Source: Erysipelotrichia bacterium (lineage in GTDB: Bacteria > Bacillota_I > Bacilli_A > RFN20 > CAG-826). From it: DNA of 64,000 nucleotides. The translations under genes were made by a program, and so were the position numbers. The stretch covers positions 22,408 to 86,407 of the forward strand of contig JAAYJX010000107.1 in NCBI GenBank assembly GCA_012522695.1, written 5' to 3'. The notes beneath the pieces were generated by a model, which saw nothing but the letters and a program-made list of their open reading frames with translations, did not search any database and was not told where the DNA came from. Below, in pieces: positions 1 to 10,770 of this stretch. Within the stretch, counting starts at the first letter, position 1. Every line of letters begins with the position of its first letter.

Positions 1-685
1 GTTTTAAAAATAATCCGCCGGCTTCTAAAACAATAATTTGACTAGCGGCCGTATCCCATTCTTTAGTCCCATCACTTAAACGGTAAGTAATTTCAGCTAA
101 GCCTTGCGCGATTCTGCAAGCTTTTAAAGACGAACCAAAAGTTTGTCTTTTTTTAATTAATTTATGATGCTTTTGAATTAAATCGAGTTCTTTTTCATTA
201 ACATGAAAGCGTGATGTTAAAACAATTAAATTTTTCGTTTTATCATTAACTCTAATTTTTTTAATCCGATTCTTTTTTTGATAAAAAGCTCCGCCATCTT
301 TTGTTGCAAAATATAATTCGCCAGTCGCCGGAACTAAAACAACACCAACGACAATTTCGTGTTTATAACTTAAAGCAATACAAGTTGTAAATTCGTCATT
401 TTTAGCAATGAAATCTTTGGTTCCATCAATTGGATCAACAATCCAAACATAGTCATTTGTTAATCTTTTTTTATCATCAATTGTTTCTTCAGTTAAAAAA
501 GCATGTGTCGGAAAAGCACTACCTAAAACATCGCGAATTGTTAAATCAGCAACTTTATCAGCAAGCGTCACTGGCGAATCATCTTCTTTAATTTCAACTT
601 CAATAGGTTGAGAATAAATCTCCAGAATTTTTTCTTTAGCGGCTAAAGCTGCGCGAATCGCGACTTGTAGTTCATTTTTCCACAT
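1..685 (-). CDS. cysQ: 3'(2'),5'-bisphosphate nucleotidase CysQ / inositol monophosphatase family (runs off window start)
   Basis: Hand-translated from ATG at 685 (not in ORF track): MWKNELQ...DDSPVTLAD...LTEE...WIVDPIDGTKDF...GSSLK...KEWDTAA, the IMPase/CysQ motifs. Confidence 0.88.
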   Translation of the reverse strand, partial: MWKNELQVAIRAALAAKEKILEIYSQPIEVEIKEDDSPVTLADKVADLTIRDVLGSAFPTHAFLTEETIDDKKRLTNDYVWIVDPIDGTKDFIAKNDEFTTCIALSYKHEIVVGVVLVPATGELYFATKDGGAFYQKKNRIKKIRVNDKTKNLIVLTSRFHVNEKELDLIQKHHKLIKKRQTFGSSLKACRIAQGLAEITYRLSDGTKEWDTAASQIIVLEAGGLFLK

Positions 686-689
686 TTTT

Positions 690-1646
690 TTACTCCTTAA
701 GTAATTGATCTAAATCTTGCACAATTTTATTAATTTCTTGTTCAGAGCCCTTTAACATTCTAACACCGGCTGCTAAGGCGTGACCACCGCCTCCATATTT
801 AAGAGCGACTTCACGGATTGGCACCGTATTAGAACGTAGTTCAACTCGCATACCACCTTCAAGATTTTCAGTAAATAAAGCAAAAATTGGATAACCTTTT
901 ATATTGCTATAAGTATTTACTTGACTTGAAGCATAAGCATAACTTAAACCAAGATTTAAATAAACTTCCTTTTTGACATAACAATAAATAACACCATGAG
1001 GGCTTTTTTGATAATTAGAAAGTAAATAACCACGATATTTTAAATAATTTTCTTCGACTTCATAAATAACATTAAAAAGCTCTTTTGGCTCAATTTGATA
1101 ATCATATAAATTAGCCGTTGTTAAAAACGTGCTTTTATTCGTTGGCTCATATAAAAAACGTCCAGAATCAGTTGCAATACCTAAATATAAAGCTTCAGCA
1201 ATTGTTTTATTCATTTTAAGTTTATAAGTTGCAATAAATTCAGCAATTATTTCAGCGGTTGCTATTTTATTCGTCTTCATAACTTTAGCGTAAGGAAAAG
1301 GTTTGCTTTCATAATGATGATCAATTTTTAAATATTCTTTTGCTAAATTAATACGCTGATCTTCTACTAAAGCAAAATCACTAACATCAACTAAAATTGC
1401 TAAAGATTCTTTAATAATTTGATCTTCAACAACATCCATTGCGCCAAGGCGAAAAAATAAAGAAGGTAGACCGCTACCGACCGCATAAACTTTTTTATTT
1501 GGAAAATTTATTCTTAAGGTATCACGAAGACCAATTTGGCTTCCATAACAATCGCCATCTGGTAATGTATGACCAAAAATTACAATTGTGTCATGCTTTA
1601 AAATTAATTTATGAGCAATTTTAAAATCTTCATTTTTTATAAACAT
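690..1646 (-). CDS. nrnA: DHH/DHHA1 bifunctional oligoribonuclease / pAp phosphatase
   Basis: GHxxPDGDC, IDHH, GIATDSGRF, GGGGHALAAG motifs. Confidence 0.9.
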   Translation of the reverse strand: MFIKNEDFKIAHKLILKHDTIVIFGHTLPDGDCYGSQIGLRDTLRINFPNKKVYAVGSGLPSLFFRLGAMDVVEDQIIKESLAILVDVSDFALVEDQRINLAKEYLKIDHHYESKPFPYAKVMKTNKIATAEIIAEFIATYKLKMNKTIAEALYLGIATDSGRFLYEPTNKSTFLTTANLYDYQIEPKELFNVIYEVEENYLKYRGYLLSNYQKSPHGVIYCYVKKEVYLNLGLSYAYASSQVNTYSNIKGYPIFALFTENLEGGMRVELRSNTVPIREVALKYGGGGHALAAGVRMLKGSEQEINKIVQDLDQLLKE

Positions 1647-1647
1647 T

Positions 1648-2505
1648 TTAGCCTTTGTTTATACAGCCAAAAACTTCACATTTATTTTTGACGACTTCTT
1701 GGATTCCTTTTAATCCTGGACCAATGATTTTCCGAGGATCATAAACTTTTTCATTATTTTTAATTACATCGCGGACAATTTTTGTCCAAGCTTGTTGACA
1801 TTCAGTATTAACATTAATTTTACAAGTGCCGCGTTCGATTGCCATTTTGATTTGATAATCAGGTATCCCTGAGCCGCCATGTAAAACTAAGGGTATATTT
1901 TTTAATAAATTACGAATAACTAACATTTCATCAAATCCTAGTTTAGGTTCACCTTTGTATGGACCATGAACAGATCCCAAAGCAGGCGTTAAACAATCGA
2001 CATTAGTTTCTTTAACTAATTGTTCACATTCGTGAGGAAGAGCATACATCGATTCAGCTACGACATCATCCTCTTCACCACCAACACGTCCTAATTCAGC
2101 TTCAACAGAAACACCACGAGGATGAGCATAGTCAACGACTTTTTTTGTCATTGCAATATTTTCTTCAAGTGGATATTTTGAGGCGTCAATCATAACAGAA
2201 GTAAAACCTGCGTCAATCGCATTTTTGCAACTTTCAAAAGAACTTCCGTGGTCTAAATGTAAAGCAATTGGAATAGAAATATCTTTATCTTTTAAATATC
2301 CTTTTACAAAGCCAACGACTGTATGAAAACCACCCATATATTTCGCTGCGCCTTCACTAACGCCTAAAATTACCGGAGTGTTTAAACGAACGGCTTCATC
2401 AATAATAGCAGTCGTCCATTCTAAATTATTAATATTAAATTGGCCAATCGCGTATTTTTCATCTAATGCTTTTAAGAGCATTTCTTTCATACTAACTAAA
2501 CCCAT
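1648..2505 (-). CDS. fba: Class II fructose-1,6-bisphosphate aldolase
   Basis: [27 protein letters not shown]. Confidence 0.95.
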   Translation of the reverse strand: MGLVSMKEMLLKALDEKYAIGQFNINNLEWTTAIIDEAVRLNTPVILGVSEGAAKYMGGFHTVVGFVKGYLKDKDISIPIALHLDHGSSFESCKNAIDAGFTSVMIDASKYPLEENIAMTKKVVDYAHPRGVSVEAELGRVGGEEDDVVAESMYALPHECEQLVKETNVDCLTPALGSVHGPYKGEPKLGFDEMLVIRNLLKNIPLVLHGGSGIPDYQIKMAIERGTCKINVNTECQQAWTKIVRDVIKNNEKVYDPRKIIGPGLKGIQEVVKNKCEVFGCINKG

Positions 2506-2530
2506 ACTTATTCTCCTTTGATTCGTTTAA

Positions 2531-2920
2531 TTAATCTTCTTTTTCTTCATCATCATCTTCAGAATCTTCATCGCCATCACTAAACTTTTCAGCCCGTTCA
2601 GGTTTTAAATATTCAAGTTCTTCTTCATCGATTTCGTCTGATTCTTCCACCTCACTATAAACTTCATTCATATCAATATGAACTTTGTCAAAAGTATGAT
2701 GAATACGTAAATCCCAAAAGTTATCAATTAGCGTCACAAAACGCCCATCGAGTGATAAATCCGTGTAAAAACGGCCTATTTTGCCACGAATTTGCTCAAT
2801 TTCAAAATTTGCTCTTTTCGTAACTTCTTCCCACAAATCGTGAAAACTAATTGGTAAGTTTTCTTGTCCTGTTTCTAAAATTACATCGTACGCTAAGTCT
2901 AATAAAGATTTGCCTTTCAT
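2531..2920 (-). CDS. rpoE: RNA polymerase delta subunit
   Basis: FYTDLSLDGRF...WDLR plus acidic C-terminal tail. Confidence 0.9.
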   Translation of the reverse strand: MKGKSLLDLAYDVILETGQENLPISFHDLWEEVTKRANFEIEQIRGKIGRFYTDLSLDGRFVTLIDNFWDLRIHHTFDKVHIDMNEVYSEVEESDEIDEEELEYLKPERAEKFSDGDEDSEDDDEEKED

Positions 2921-2935
2921 ATATATTTTCTCCTT

Positions 2936-4558
2936 CTACATTTTTTTTGGAGCGCTTACTCCTAAAATATTTAAAGCATTAGCTAAAACAATTTTACTCG
3001 CTTTACAAAGCGCTAAACGCGCCCCACTTAATAATTTATTTTCTTCATCAAGAACCCGACATTCAGTATAAAAAAGATGGATAAGATTTGCGAGTTTTTG
3101 AATATAGTTTGCAATTTTATATGGCTCACGATGTTTAGCCGAAAGTTCAATAAATAGTGGGAAATCATGTAAGTGTTTAAGTAAGTTTATTTCCGCTTTT
3201 GCGTTTAATAAAGAACCACTTAAATCAAGATTATAATGTTTCCCATCTTCTAAAAGTCGGCTTAAGCGAGCGTGAGCATATTGTGCATAAAAAACTGGGT
3301 TAGAACTATTTTGTTCAAGTGCTAAATTATAATCAAAATCTAAATGACTTGAAGCTGCACGAGCAGCAAAAAAGTAGCGGGCCGCATCAACACCAACTTC
3401 ACCTACAAGTTCATTTAAAGTAATTGCCGTTCCACCGCGTTTTGACATTTTAACTTCTTCATCGCCTTTCATTAAGCGAACAATTTGAACGAGCTCAAAA
3501 TCAATAATATTTTCTGGGTAACCTTGCATTAAAAGAGAGCTTTTTATTCGTTTTGTATATCCATGATGATCAGCGCCAAAAACATCGATAAGTAAATCAT
3601 AGCCACGGCTTGCTTTTTCTAAATGATAAGCAATATCAGGTAACAAATATGTATAGGCGCCATCACTTTTAATAATAGGCCGATCTTTGTCATCACCATG
3701 CATTGTTGTTTTTAAATAAGTTGCGCCTTCTTCTACATAAATAAAAGGGCGATATTTTTCAATTGTCCGTTCAATTAGGTTATCCTGACGAATAACAGAT
3801 TCATAACTATATAAATCAAAAGTCACACGGAATAATTTTAAATCTTCAATAATTTTATCAAGTAACAAACGTACTCCTTCATTAATAAAAATGTTTTTAT
3901 TTTCTAAGTTATCTTCAATAAGTTTTGTACCATATAAACGTTTTAAGGTTTTTGCCACCTTAATAATATCGTAAGCATGGTAACCGTCTTCAGGCATTTT
4001 TAATGTTCGGCCGAACTCATTTAAATATCGTACTCTTAAAGACTCGCCCATCTTTTCAATTTGTGCACCAGCATCGTTAACGTAGTATTCACGCACCACA
4101 TCATAACCAGCAAATTCATAAAGACGACAAATTGCATCACCAATCGCAGCACAACGTGCGTGTCCTAAATGTAAATCACCAGTTGGATTAGCACTTACAA
4201 ACTCAACGTTAATTTTAAAATTTTTTTCTAGGCCGCGGCCATAGTTTTGATTCAGTTTAATAATTTTGCTAATTAATTTTTGAAAAAGAGGCGGTTTTAA
4301 AAAGAAATTTAAAAAGCCAGGACCAGCAATTTCAATTTTTTCTAAATCGTCCATATTTATAACTTGGACAATTTTTTCTGCTAATTCTTTTGGCTTTAGT
4401 TGGGCTTTCTTAGAAAATTGAAGAGCAATATTAGATGCATAATCACCATGATTATCGTCTTTGGCTCGCTCAATAATAATTTCATCAAGTAAAACATCAA
4501 GTTTTAAACTTACTAAGGCATTAAATATTTTATTTTTTAAAAATAAGTCAATTGTCAT
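2936..4558 (-). CDS. argS: Arginine--tRNA ligase
   Basis: VEFVSANPTGDLHLGH (HIGH-like), GADHHGY, KMSKR, YAQYAHAR. Confidence 0.97.
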   Translation of the reverse strand: MTIDLFLKNKIFNALVSLKLDVLLDEIIIERAKDDNHGDYASNIALQFSKKAQLKPKELAEKIVQVINMDDLEKIEIAGPGFLNFFLKPPLFQKLISKIIKLNQNYGRGLEKNFKINVEFVSANPTGDLHLGHARCAAIGDAICRLYEFAGYDVVREYYVNDAGAQIEKMGESLRVRYLNEFGRTLKMPEDGYHAYDIIKVAKTLKRLYGTKLIEDNLENKNIFINEGVRLLLDKIIEDLKLFRVTFDLYSYESVIRQDNLIERTIEKYRPFIYVEEGATYLKTTMHGDDKDRPIIKSDGAYTYLLPDIAYHLEKASRGYDLLIDVFGADHHGYTKRIKSSLLMQGYPENIIDFELVQIVRLMKGDEEVKMSKRGGTAITLNELVGEVGVDAARYFFAARAASSHLDFDYNLALEQNSSNPVFYAQYAHARLSRLLEDGKHYNLDLSGSLLNAKAEINLLKHLHDFPLFIELSAKHREPYKIANYIQKLANLIHLFYTECRVLDEENKLLSGARLALCKASKIVLANALNILGVSAPKKM

Positions 4559-4671
4559 TGTTTTTCAAACTTATATTATACTAAATGAATAGTATAATTC
4601 AATCTTTATATAACTAAATGCAGTCATACATTTACTCGCTTTCATATTTTTATTTAAGTTTTGCAAAAGTT

Positions 4672-5148
4672 TTACTTTTGTTTAAGCAAAATAACAGCCG
4701 TCGCCTTACACGCTTCAAGGCGCCCTAAACTATCAAGTTTTTCATTCGTTGTAGCTTTAATCGAAATGTTTGAAATTGAAGTGTTTAACGTTTTAGCAAC
4801 TTTTTCTTTCATTAAAGGGATATAAGGACTTAAAAGAGGTTTTTCTAAAATAATTGTGATATCGGCATTAACTAAAAGGTAACCTTTATTAATTACGAGT
4901 TGATAAACTTTTTCTAGTAATAATAAGCTTGAAATATTTTTATATTTAGCATCTGTATTAGGAAAATGTTGACCAATATCACCTAAAGATAAGGCACCAA
5001 GAAGAGCGTCGATTAAAGCGTGCAAAACAACATCTGCGTCACTATGACCAACTAATCCATATTCAGAAGGGATTAAAACCCCTCCTAAAAAGAGTTGATA
5101 GTTTTTTTTAAGTTTGTGGATGTCTTCACCAATACCAATGCGATACAT
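4672..5148 (-). CDS. ispF: 2-C-methyl-D-erythritol 2,4-cyclodiphosphate synthase
   Basis: RIGIGEDIH, GHSDADVVLHA, DIGQHFP, KATTNE. Confidence 0.95.
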   Translation of the reverse strand: MYRIGIGEDIHKLKKNYQLFLGGVLIPSEYGLVGHSDADVVLHALIDALLGALSLGDIGQHFPNTDAKYKNISSLLLLEKVYQLVINKGYLLVNADITIILEKPLLSPYIPLMKEKVAKTLNTSISNISIKATTNEKLDSLGRLEACKATAVILLKQK

Positions 5149-5158
5149 AAATTTCCTT

Positions 5159-6262
5159 TTATCGAAAGCGATAATAAATTACGTCACCATCTTTGATAAG
5201 ATAGTTTCGCCCTTCAATTTTTAGCTTGCCTGCTTCCTTAATTGCTAATTCACTTTTATAAGTGACAATATCATTATACGTGTATACTTCTGCTTTAATA
5301 AAGCCTTTTTGAATATCACTATGAATTAAGCCTGCTCCATCATAAGCGGTTTTTTGCTTATTAATCGTCCAAGCCCTGCACTCTTCTTCACCAACAGTAA
5401 AAAATGTTAATAGGTTTAATAAGCGAAACGAGCTTTGAATAATTTTACTTAAACTTAACTCTTTAATTTGCCATTCATTCATAAAATCTTCTTTTTCAAC
5501 ATCATTAAGTAAAGAAAGTTGTGCTTCTAATTCTAAAGCCAAAGGAATTACTTCGCTTTTTTCTAATAAGGCTATATCTAAAACGTGTTGGTAAAGCGTG
5601 TTTTGTTCTAAATTAAATAAATCATCGATACTAATATTAGCAATATATAAAAGAGGCTTAATTGTTAATAAAAACAAAGTGCGTCTAGCAAAAAACTTTT
5701 GTTCATCGTTTAAATCTAATTGTCTAAGAGTTTTTCCTAAAAGAAGGTTTTCTTTAAAAAAATGTAATGCTCTAACTTCTTCTAGAAGTTTTTTATCTTT
5801 CGCAAGTTGCGCTTTTGTTTCAATTTTTTGAAGTCTTTTTTCAACCGTTTCTAAATCACGATATATTAATTCTAAATTAATAATTTCGATATCATTTTTA
5901 GGATTAATTTCATTTTCGACATGAATTATTTGCTCGTTTTTAAAAACACGGACGACGTGTAATAAGACGTCACATTCACGAATATGCGATAAAAATTCAT
6001 TACCTAAGCCTTCTCCTTTTGATGCACCTTTAACTAAACCAGCAATATCAAAAAAAGTTAATGAAGCATATGTTGTTTTTTTAGGTTTAAAAAGAGAAGA
6101 CAAAAAAGTTAGACGCGAATCATTAATTAATGCATAACCAATGTTTGGTTGAATTGTTGTAAATGGGTAATTGTGCACTTCAATCGTTTGTGAAGTTAAT
6201 GCATTAAAAAGTGTTGACTTGCCAACATTAGGTAAACCTATAATTCCAACTTTAGTCGACAT
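5159..6262 (-). CDS. ychF: Ribosome-binding ATPase YchF
   Basis: GLPNVGKST, NYPFTTI, DIAGLVKGASKGEGLGNEFL, C-terminal TGS domain. Confidence 0.95.
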   Translation of the reverse strand: MSTKVGIIGLPNVGKSTLFNALTSQTIEVHNYPFTTIQPNIGYALINDSRLTFLSSLFKPKKTTYASLTFFDIAGLVKGASKGEGLGNEFLSHIRECDVLLHVVRVFKNEQIIHVENEINPKNDIEIINLELIYRDLETVEKRLQKIETKAQLAKDKKLLEEVRALHFFKENLLLGKTLRQLDLNDEQKFFARRTLFLLTIKPLLYIANISIDDLFNLEQNTLYQHVLDIALLEKSEVIPLALELEAQLSLLNDVEKEDFMNEWQIKELSLSKIIQSSFRLLNLLTFFTVGEEECRAWTINKQKTAYDGAGLIHSDIQKGFIKAEVYTYNDIVTYKSELAIKEAGKLKIEGRNYLIKDGDVIYYRFR

Positions 6263-6270
6263 TTATTTAA

Positions 6271-6468
6271 TTAAATAAGGCGAATGTTTCGTGCTCTAAA
6301 ACCACGTGAAGATTCTTCAAGTTCGAATTCAACTTTTTGACCCGGACTTAATTCGGCGAAATCTTCATTCAAAATACTAGAAAAATGAAAAAAGATATCA
6401 TTATCGTCGTCGGTATGGATAAATCCATAACCTTTTTTATTATTATACATTTTTATTTTGCCAATCAT
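6271..6468 (-). CDS. Cold-shock domain protein
   Basis: KGYGFI and IFFHFS RNP motifs, 65 aa. Confidence 0.92.
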   Translation of the reverse strand: MIGKIKMYNNKKGYGFIHTDDDNDIFFHFSSILNEDFAELSPGQKVEFELEESSRGFRARNIRLI

Positions 6469-6577
6469 AATTAATAACGCCTCACTTTTTTATATTTATG
6501 TCTAGTTTTAGACACCAAATAGTATCATACCACTAATTAGTTTTTAATACTATTAAAAGATGCAAGGGATGTTAGTG

Positions 6578-9379
6578 TTAAGAGAAGACTTTTTGATTTT
6601 TCTTAAGGTGATAATAAAAGGCTAAACGCGTAGCAAAATAAGCAATTATAAAAGATAAAGTAAAAATAAGGGCTAATGGACGAAGATCTATTCGAAAAGA
6701 AATGTTAGACATAAAGTAGTTACTTAAATAATGATTTAATAAAAAATCGGCAAATATCGTTTCAATGCTTGCAATTACAAAAGCTAAACTACTTAATAAA
6801 AAACTACTTACTAAAAAAGAGCGACGAATTTCTTTTTGATTAATTCCTAAATAAAAATAAAGGTTTATATCTTTAGAATTTTCTTCAATAGTAACGTAAA
6901 TAACGATAAAGAAAAGGAAAAAAGAAGTTAGAAGAGCTAAACATGCAAAAACTAATAAAGATACTTTTAACAAAGACATCGTTTCATCTAAACTTTTATT
7001 TATTTTATCAATTGGATTAGAGAAGCTAAATTGTGGATAATTAATTTTTAAACGCTCAATTATTTCATTTGTATTATTTAAATCCTTTGTTTGAAAAATA
7101 ACGTGCTTTGGCACTAGTGAAAATGGATCAATATTCGCTTTTGTTTGAAAAAATATTAACGGCCAAGATGAACGATGATGAAGTGATATTTCATTACCTT
7201 TGCTAACGCCAACAATTTTTAATTGTTGTGTTGAATAAAGTTTTTCAATCTTATCTTTTGTGTAATAAATATTGTCATAATTAGTAGCCAAATATAATGT
7301 TTGTGAAATTATTTCTTTATCCATAAATAATTGTTTCATTAAGCCTTCTGAAACTACTATTTCATCAAATGAAGAAGGTGCTGTTCCATACATAATTGTG
7401 TCTAAGTTTGATGAAAACAAAAGACCCCCGCTTAAACTTGTTTGTAAATTTCCTAATATAATCCCTTTTGGTAAATTATCAATTAATTCAAAAGTTTCAT
7501 CGATAAATGTATCTAAATCAATAACTTCGTCAATTAAGTCATTACTTAAAGAAACAAAAACATTTTGGGCAAAACCCATTAAAAAAGAATTAGGGTGATA
7601 ATAATAGCCTTTGTCAGAAGTATAGTAGAAATTTTTTAAATTTTTTTCATTTTTCACGATGTTAGGTAATAGACTAACGTTTAGATGTTTGTAGTCTAAA
7701 TGATAAACTAATAATCGATTTAATAATTTCGTCGGGTTATTTAAAGTATGTGTCGGAAAGTGTTTTTGCGAAGCACATTCAAAAAGAAAAGCACTTATTA
7801 ATTCATCATTAATTGTTTTTTCTAAAAAATAAGAAGGGTCTAAATAGCATTTTAAATAATAAGTTTTGCTAATCTCCCATGGTAAAGATGGTTGAAAATG
7901 ATCAATGCTTGGTAAACGCATTTTTTCTTCAAAAACATATTCGCTCCAAAGCGGATTAGTATGAAACAAACAAATCTCATTAGTTTCCATCACACCACTA
8001 AGATGAAAAACTTGTTCATCTTCATATTGCCACTCATCATTAGCGACACTAAAAGTAACTAGTGGGGATTCGGCTTTAATATATTGTCCTAATGAAAAAA
8101 ATGATCGTTCAATTTTTAAAGCAAAGCATAAGGCAAACATGTCATTGTATGGTAGACCAATAACTAATTCATCATTATTATAATCAGCTTTATAATTTGG
8201 TAATAATTCACTTTCATCTTCTTTTTCCCCTAAAACAAAAAAATCGTGAATTTGCCGACTACTAAAACGCGGCAACATTGTTTTATAAGTCGTTGACGAA
8301 ATAAAAAATTCATCGCAAGAATGAAAAAAAGTTTCAAATGGAGTTTGATATGTAACGCCTATATATTCAACGAAAGTAGCATATCGTTGTTGGATAAATG
8401 CTACGTTTTTAAAATTAGCACTATATTTACGGCTCAAAGAAGGCAGGTCTTCTTTTGAAGACATCACAATCATATTCGGCTTCATTACTTGCATAAAACT
8501 TTCTTGGATTTTTTCATTCATTGATGTTGTTAAAAGAACGGCTAATCCAGCGCCAAATAAGCCCATCGACATAATTAAATTGTTTAAGATTAGACGCGTT
8601 TTCCGTATTTTAAAAATTGAAAAAGCCCGTTTAATTTTCGTAAATAAAGGTATGACAAAATCTTCCCTTTTCTTATTTAATAAAGGAAAAGCAAAGGTAA
8701 CATGTTCATTTTTATAATTATTCAACTCTTGCTTTTTTAGTGTGCCGTTTTTAAGAAATAATTTTGTTTGACAATATTCATTAACTAAATCTTCATCATG
8801 ACTTGCGAAAATTATTAAATAATGTTTGGATAATTTTTGTAATATTAACATTATTTCTTTTGCTGTTTTTTGGTCTAACGCTCCGGTGGCTTCATCACAT
8901 AAAATAATTTGGGGTCGATTAATAAGGGCCCTAACTAAGGCGACACGTTGTTTTTCTCCGCCTGAAAGATGCCTTACTTCTTTATTTAAAAAGGATGATA
9001 AACCAACTAAGTTTAATAAATATTTGATTAGTTTTATTTTTTCTTCATTCGTTTCGTTTGTCGCTACTTCTAAAGGTAAGACAATATTATTAAAAACTGT
9101 TTCATTTTCAAAAAGTCGAAAATCTTGAAATAAATAACCAATATTTAATAAACGGAAAGAAGTTAAGTAATCCTTCTTTCGCCCGAGGTCCTTTTTTTGA
9201 AAATAATAAGTGCCTTGATAAGACGTTTCTAAACCTGCAAGAATATTTAAAAGGGTTGTTTTACCTGACCCGCTTTTGCCAACAAGTGCGTAAAATCCCA
9301 TCTTTGGTAAATCCAGATTAATATTATTTAAAACAGCCCTTTTTCCATAACTTATCGAAATGTTTTTTAGTGAAATCAT
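6578..9379 (-). CDS. ABC transporter ATP-binding/permease fusion (MacB/FtsX-like)
   Basis: GKSGSGKT, LSGGEKQR, ILCDE; one TM, a large extracytoplasmic region, three C-terminal TMs. Confidence 0.85.
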   Translation of the reverse strand: MISLKNISISYGKRAVLNNINLDLPKMGFYALVGKSGSGKTTLLNILAGLETSYQGTYYFQKKDLGRKKDYLTSFRLLNIGYLFQDFRLFENETVFNNIVLPLEVATNETNEEKIKLIKYLLNLVGLSSFLNKEVRHLSGGEKQRVALVRALINRPQIILCDEATGALDQKTAKEIMLILQKLSKHYLIIFASHDEDLVNEYCQTKLFLKNGTLKKQELNNYKNEHVTFAFPLLNKKREDFVIPLFTKIKRAFSIFKIRKTRLILNNLIMSMGLFGAGLAVLLTTSMNEKIQESFMQVMKPNMIVMSSKEDLPSLSRKYSANFKNVAFIQQRYATFVEYIGVTYQTPFETFFHSCDEFFISSTTYKTMLPRFSSRQIHDFFVLGEKEDESELLPNYKADYNNDELVIGLPYNDMFALCFALKIERSFFSLGQYIKAESPLVTFSVANDEWQYEDEQVFHLSGVMETNEICLFHTNPLWSEYVFEEKMRLPSIDHFQPSLPWEISKTYYLKCYLDPSYFLEKTINDELISAFLFECASQKHFPTHTLNNPTKLLNRLLVYHLDYKHLNVSLLPNIVKNEKNLKNFYYTSDKGYYYHPNSFLMGFAQNVFVSLSNDLIDEVIDLDTFIDETFELIDNLPKGIILGNLQTSLSGGLLFSSNLDTIMYGTAPSSFDEIVVSEGLMKQLFMDKEIISQTLYLATNYDNIYYTKDKIEKLYSTQQLKIVGVSKGNEISLHHRSSWPLIFFQTKANIDPFSLVPKHVIFQTKDLNNTNEIIERLKINYPQFSFSNPIDKINKSLDETMSLLKVSLLVFACLALLTSFFLFFIVIYVTIEENSKDINLYFYLGINQKEIRRSFLVSSFLLSSLAFVIASIETIFADFLLNHYLSNYFMSNISFRIDLRPLALIFTLSFIIAYFATRLAFYYHLKKNQKVFS

Positions 9380-10770
9380 TATTCTTCTTTTAGCTCATCG
9401 ATAAGTGGTTTTTTCTTAAATCTTTGCATTGGTAAAAACGTAAAAACATAACTTAAAAAAAATGCTAAAAAAAAGCATATAAAAACTAAAAAATAAGGAA
9501 TATTAAGAAAGGTTTTAAGCGGCAAAATAATTAGATCTTGAAAATAAAATTGCTTTTCAAAAAAGATATTCCCAACTTTCATAAAAACAAAACTTAAAAC
9601 AAAAGAAAAGAAAACACTACTTAACGTTAGGAATAGAGATTCTAAATAAAAAATCCTTAATAAATCTTTTTTTGCTAAGCCTAAGATTGTTAATAATGCC
9701 GCTTCTTTTTTTCTTAAAATAAAGTTTGTATAGGCATTAATCATAATTAAAAAAACACTGCCTAAAAAGGCAATCGCAATAAAAATAATCATCGAATAAA
9801 AAGAAGCGCGCGTCAGTTCATAATATGCATTTTTTATCATTTCGCTAGTTGAAGTGATTTCAATATGAGAGTCAGAATTATTTAACATTTTTATTAAAGA
9901 AGAAAGTGTTTGATAATCTTTTGAAGAAAAAATAAAAAGTTTCAGCTCATAGTTATGCAAATATGAATCATCATCTAGTAAGCTAAATAAGTCGTAAATT
10001 GAAGTCTTAATGCTGCGAAAGTCTGATAAATTGCTCAAAACTATTCCTTTTAAATAAGTTTCTAAAGCCGAATATGAATAAAAAATCTTACCTTCATTTA
10101 AAAAAGTTAACTCTTTGAAAATGCCGCAAATCTTAAATTTAGTTTGTAAGAAAAAAGTATCGTAATTTAATTCAACAGGAAGATTAAATTCATAAATAAT
10201 TTTATTCTCACCATTAAAAAATAATTCACTATTTATAAGTTTTTCTAAATCACTATTTAATGTGTTCGCAAGCGTTTCATTAATATAAATATCAAATAAA
10301 TTGTTATCGTTTTGAATCATTCCGTAAGTTAATAAATCTTCCTTCTTTTTAAGTTCACTAAGAGCATAAAAAGGAGCAAAAAAACATTCATCAACTTGCT
10401 CGTTTTCATAACTTAAAGCATATTGACCCGGGAATATTTTTGCGTAATCGTTACTTAAAACATACTCATCTAAATAGTTATCCAAAAATAATAAATCGCT
10501 TTTTTGTGGCCGTTTTGTTTTAACTAATTTTAATGGGGATGATTCAAAAGAGTACATTTCTTTTTTAGTAATCGAATAATGGTTAATATCAACAATTTTT
10601 TCTTGCGTTTTTAATAAAAATAAATTTGTCCCTTCATAAAATCCAACAGCAATAATTAGTGACGAAAAACTAATTAGTAAAGAGAGAAAAACAAAAATGT
10701 TTTTTAATAAATTGTTTTTTAAATAAACAATAGAAAATCGCCATAAAAAAGTTTTTGATTTAATTTTCAT
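9379..10770 (-). CDS. ABC transporter permease (FtsX/MacB-like)
   Basis: N-terminal TM, large loop, C-terminal TMs with RKKEAALLTILG. Confidence 0.8.
   Translation of the reverse strand: MKIKSKTFLWRFSIVYLKNNLLKNIFVFLSLLISFSSLIIAVGFYEGTNLFLLKTQEKIVDINHYSITKKEMYSFESSPLKLVKTKRPQKSDLLFLDNYLDEYVLSNDYAKIFPGQYALSYENEQVDECFFAPFYALSELKKKEDLLTYGMIQNDNNLFDIYINETLANTLNSDLEKLINSELFFNGENKIIYEFNLPVELNYDTFFLQTKFKICGIFKELTFLNEGKIFYSYSALETYLKGIVLSNLSDFRSIKTSIYDLFSLLDDDSYLHNYELKLFIFSSKDYQTLSSLIKMLNNSDSHIEITSTSEMIKNAYYELTRASFYSMIIFIAIAFLGSVFLIMINAYTNFILRKKEAALLTILGLAKKDLLRIFYLESLFLTLSSVFFSFVLSFVFMKVGNIFFEKQFYFQDLIILPLKTFLNIPYFLVFICFFLAFFLSYVFTFLPMQRFKKKPLIDELKEE

Noticed and set aside
4559-4671. T-box leader for argS
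   Set aside because: Too short, and no GGTGG-ACC T-box motif.
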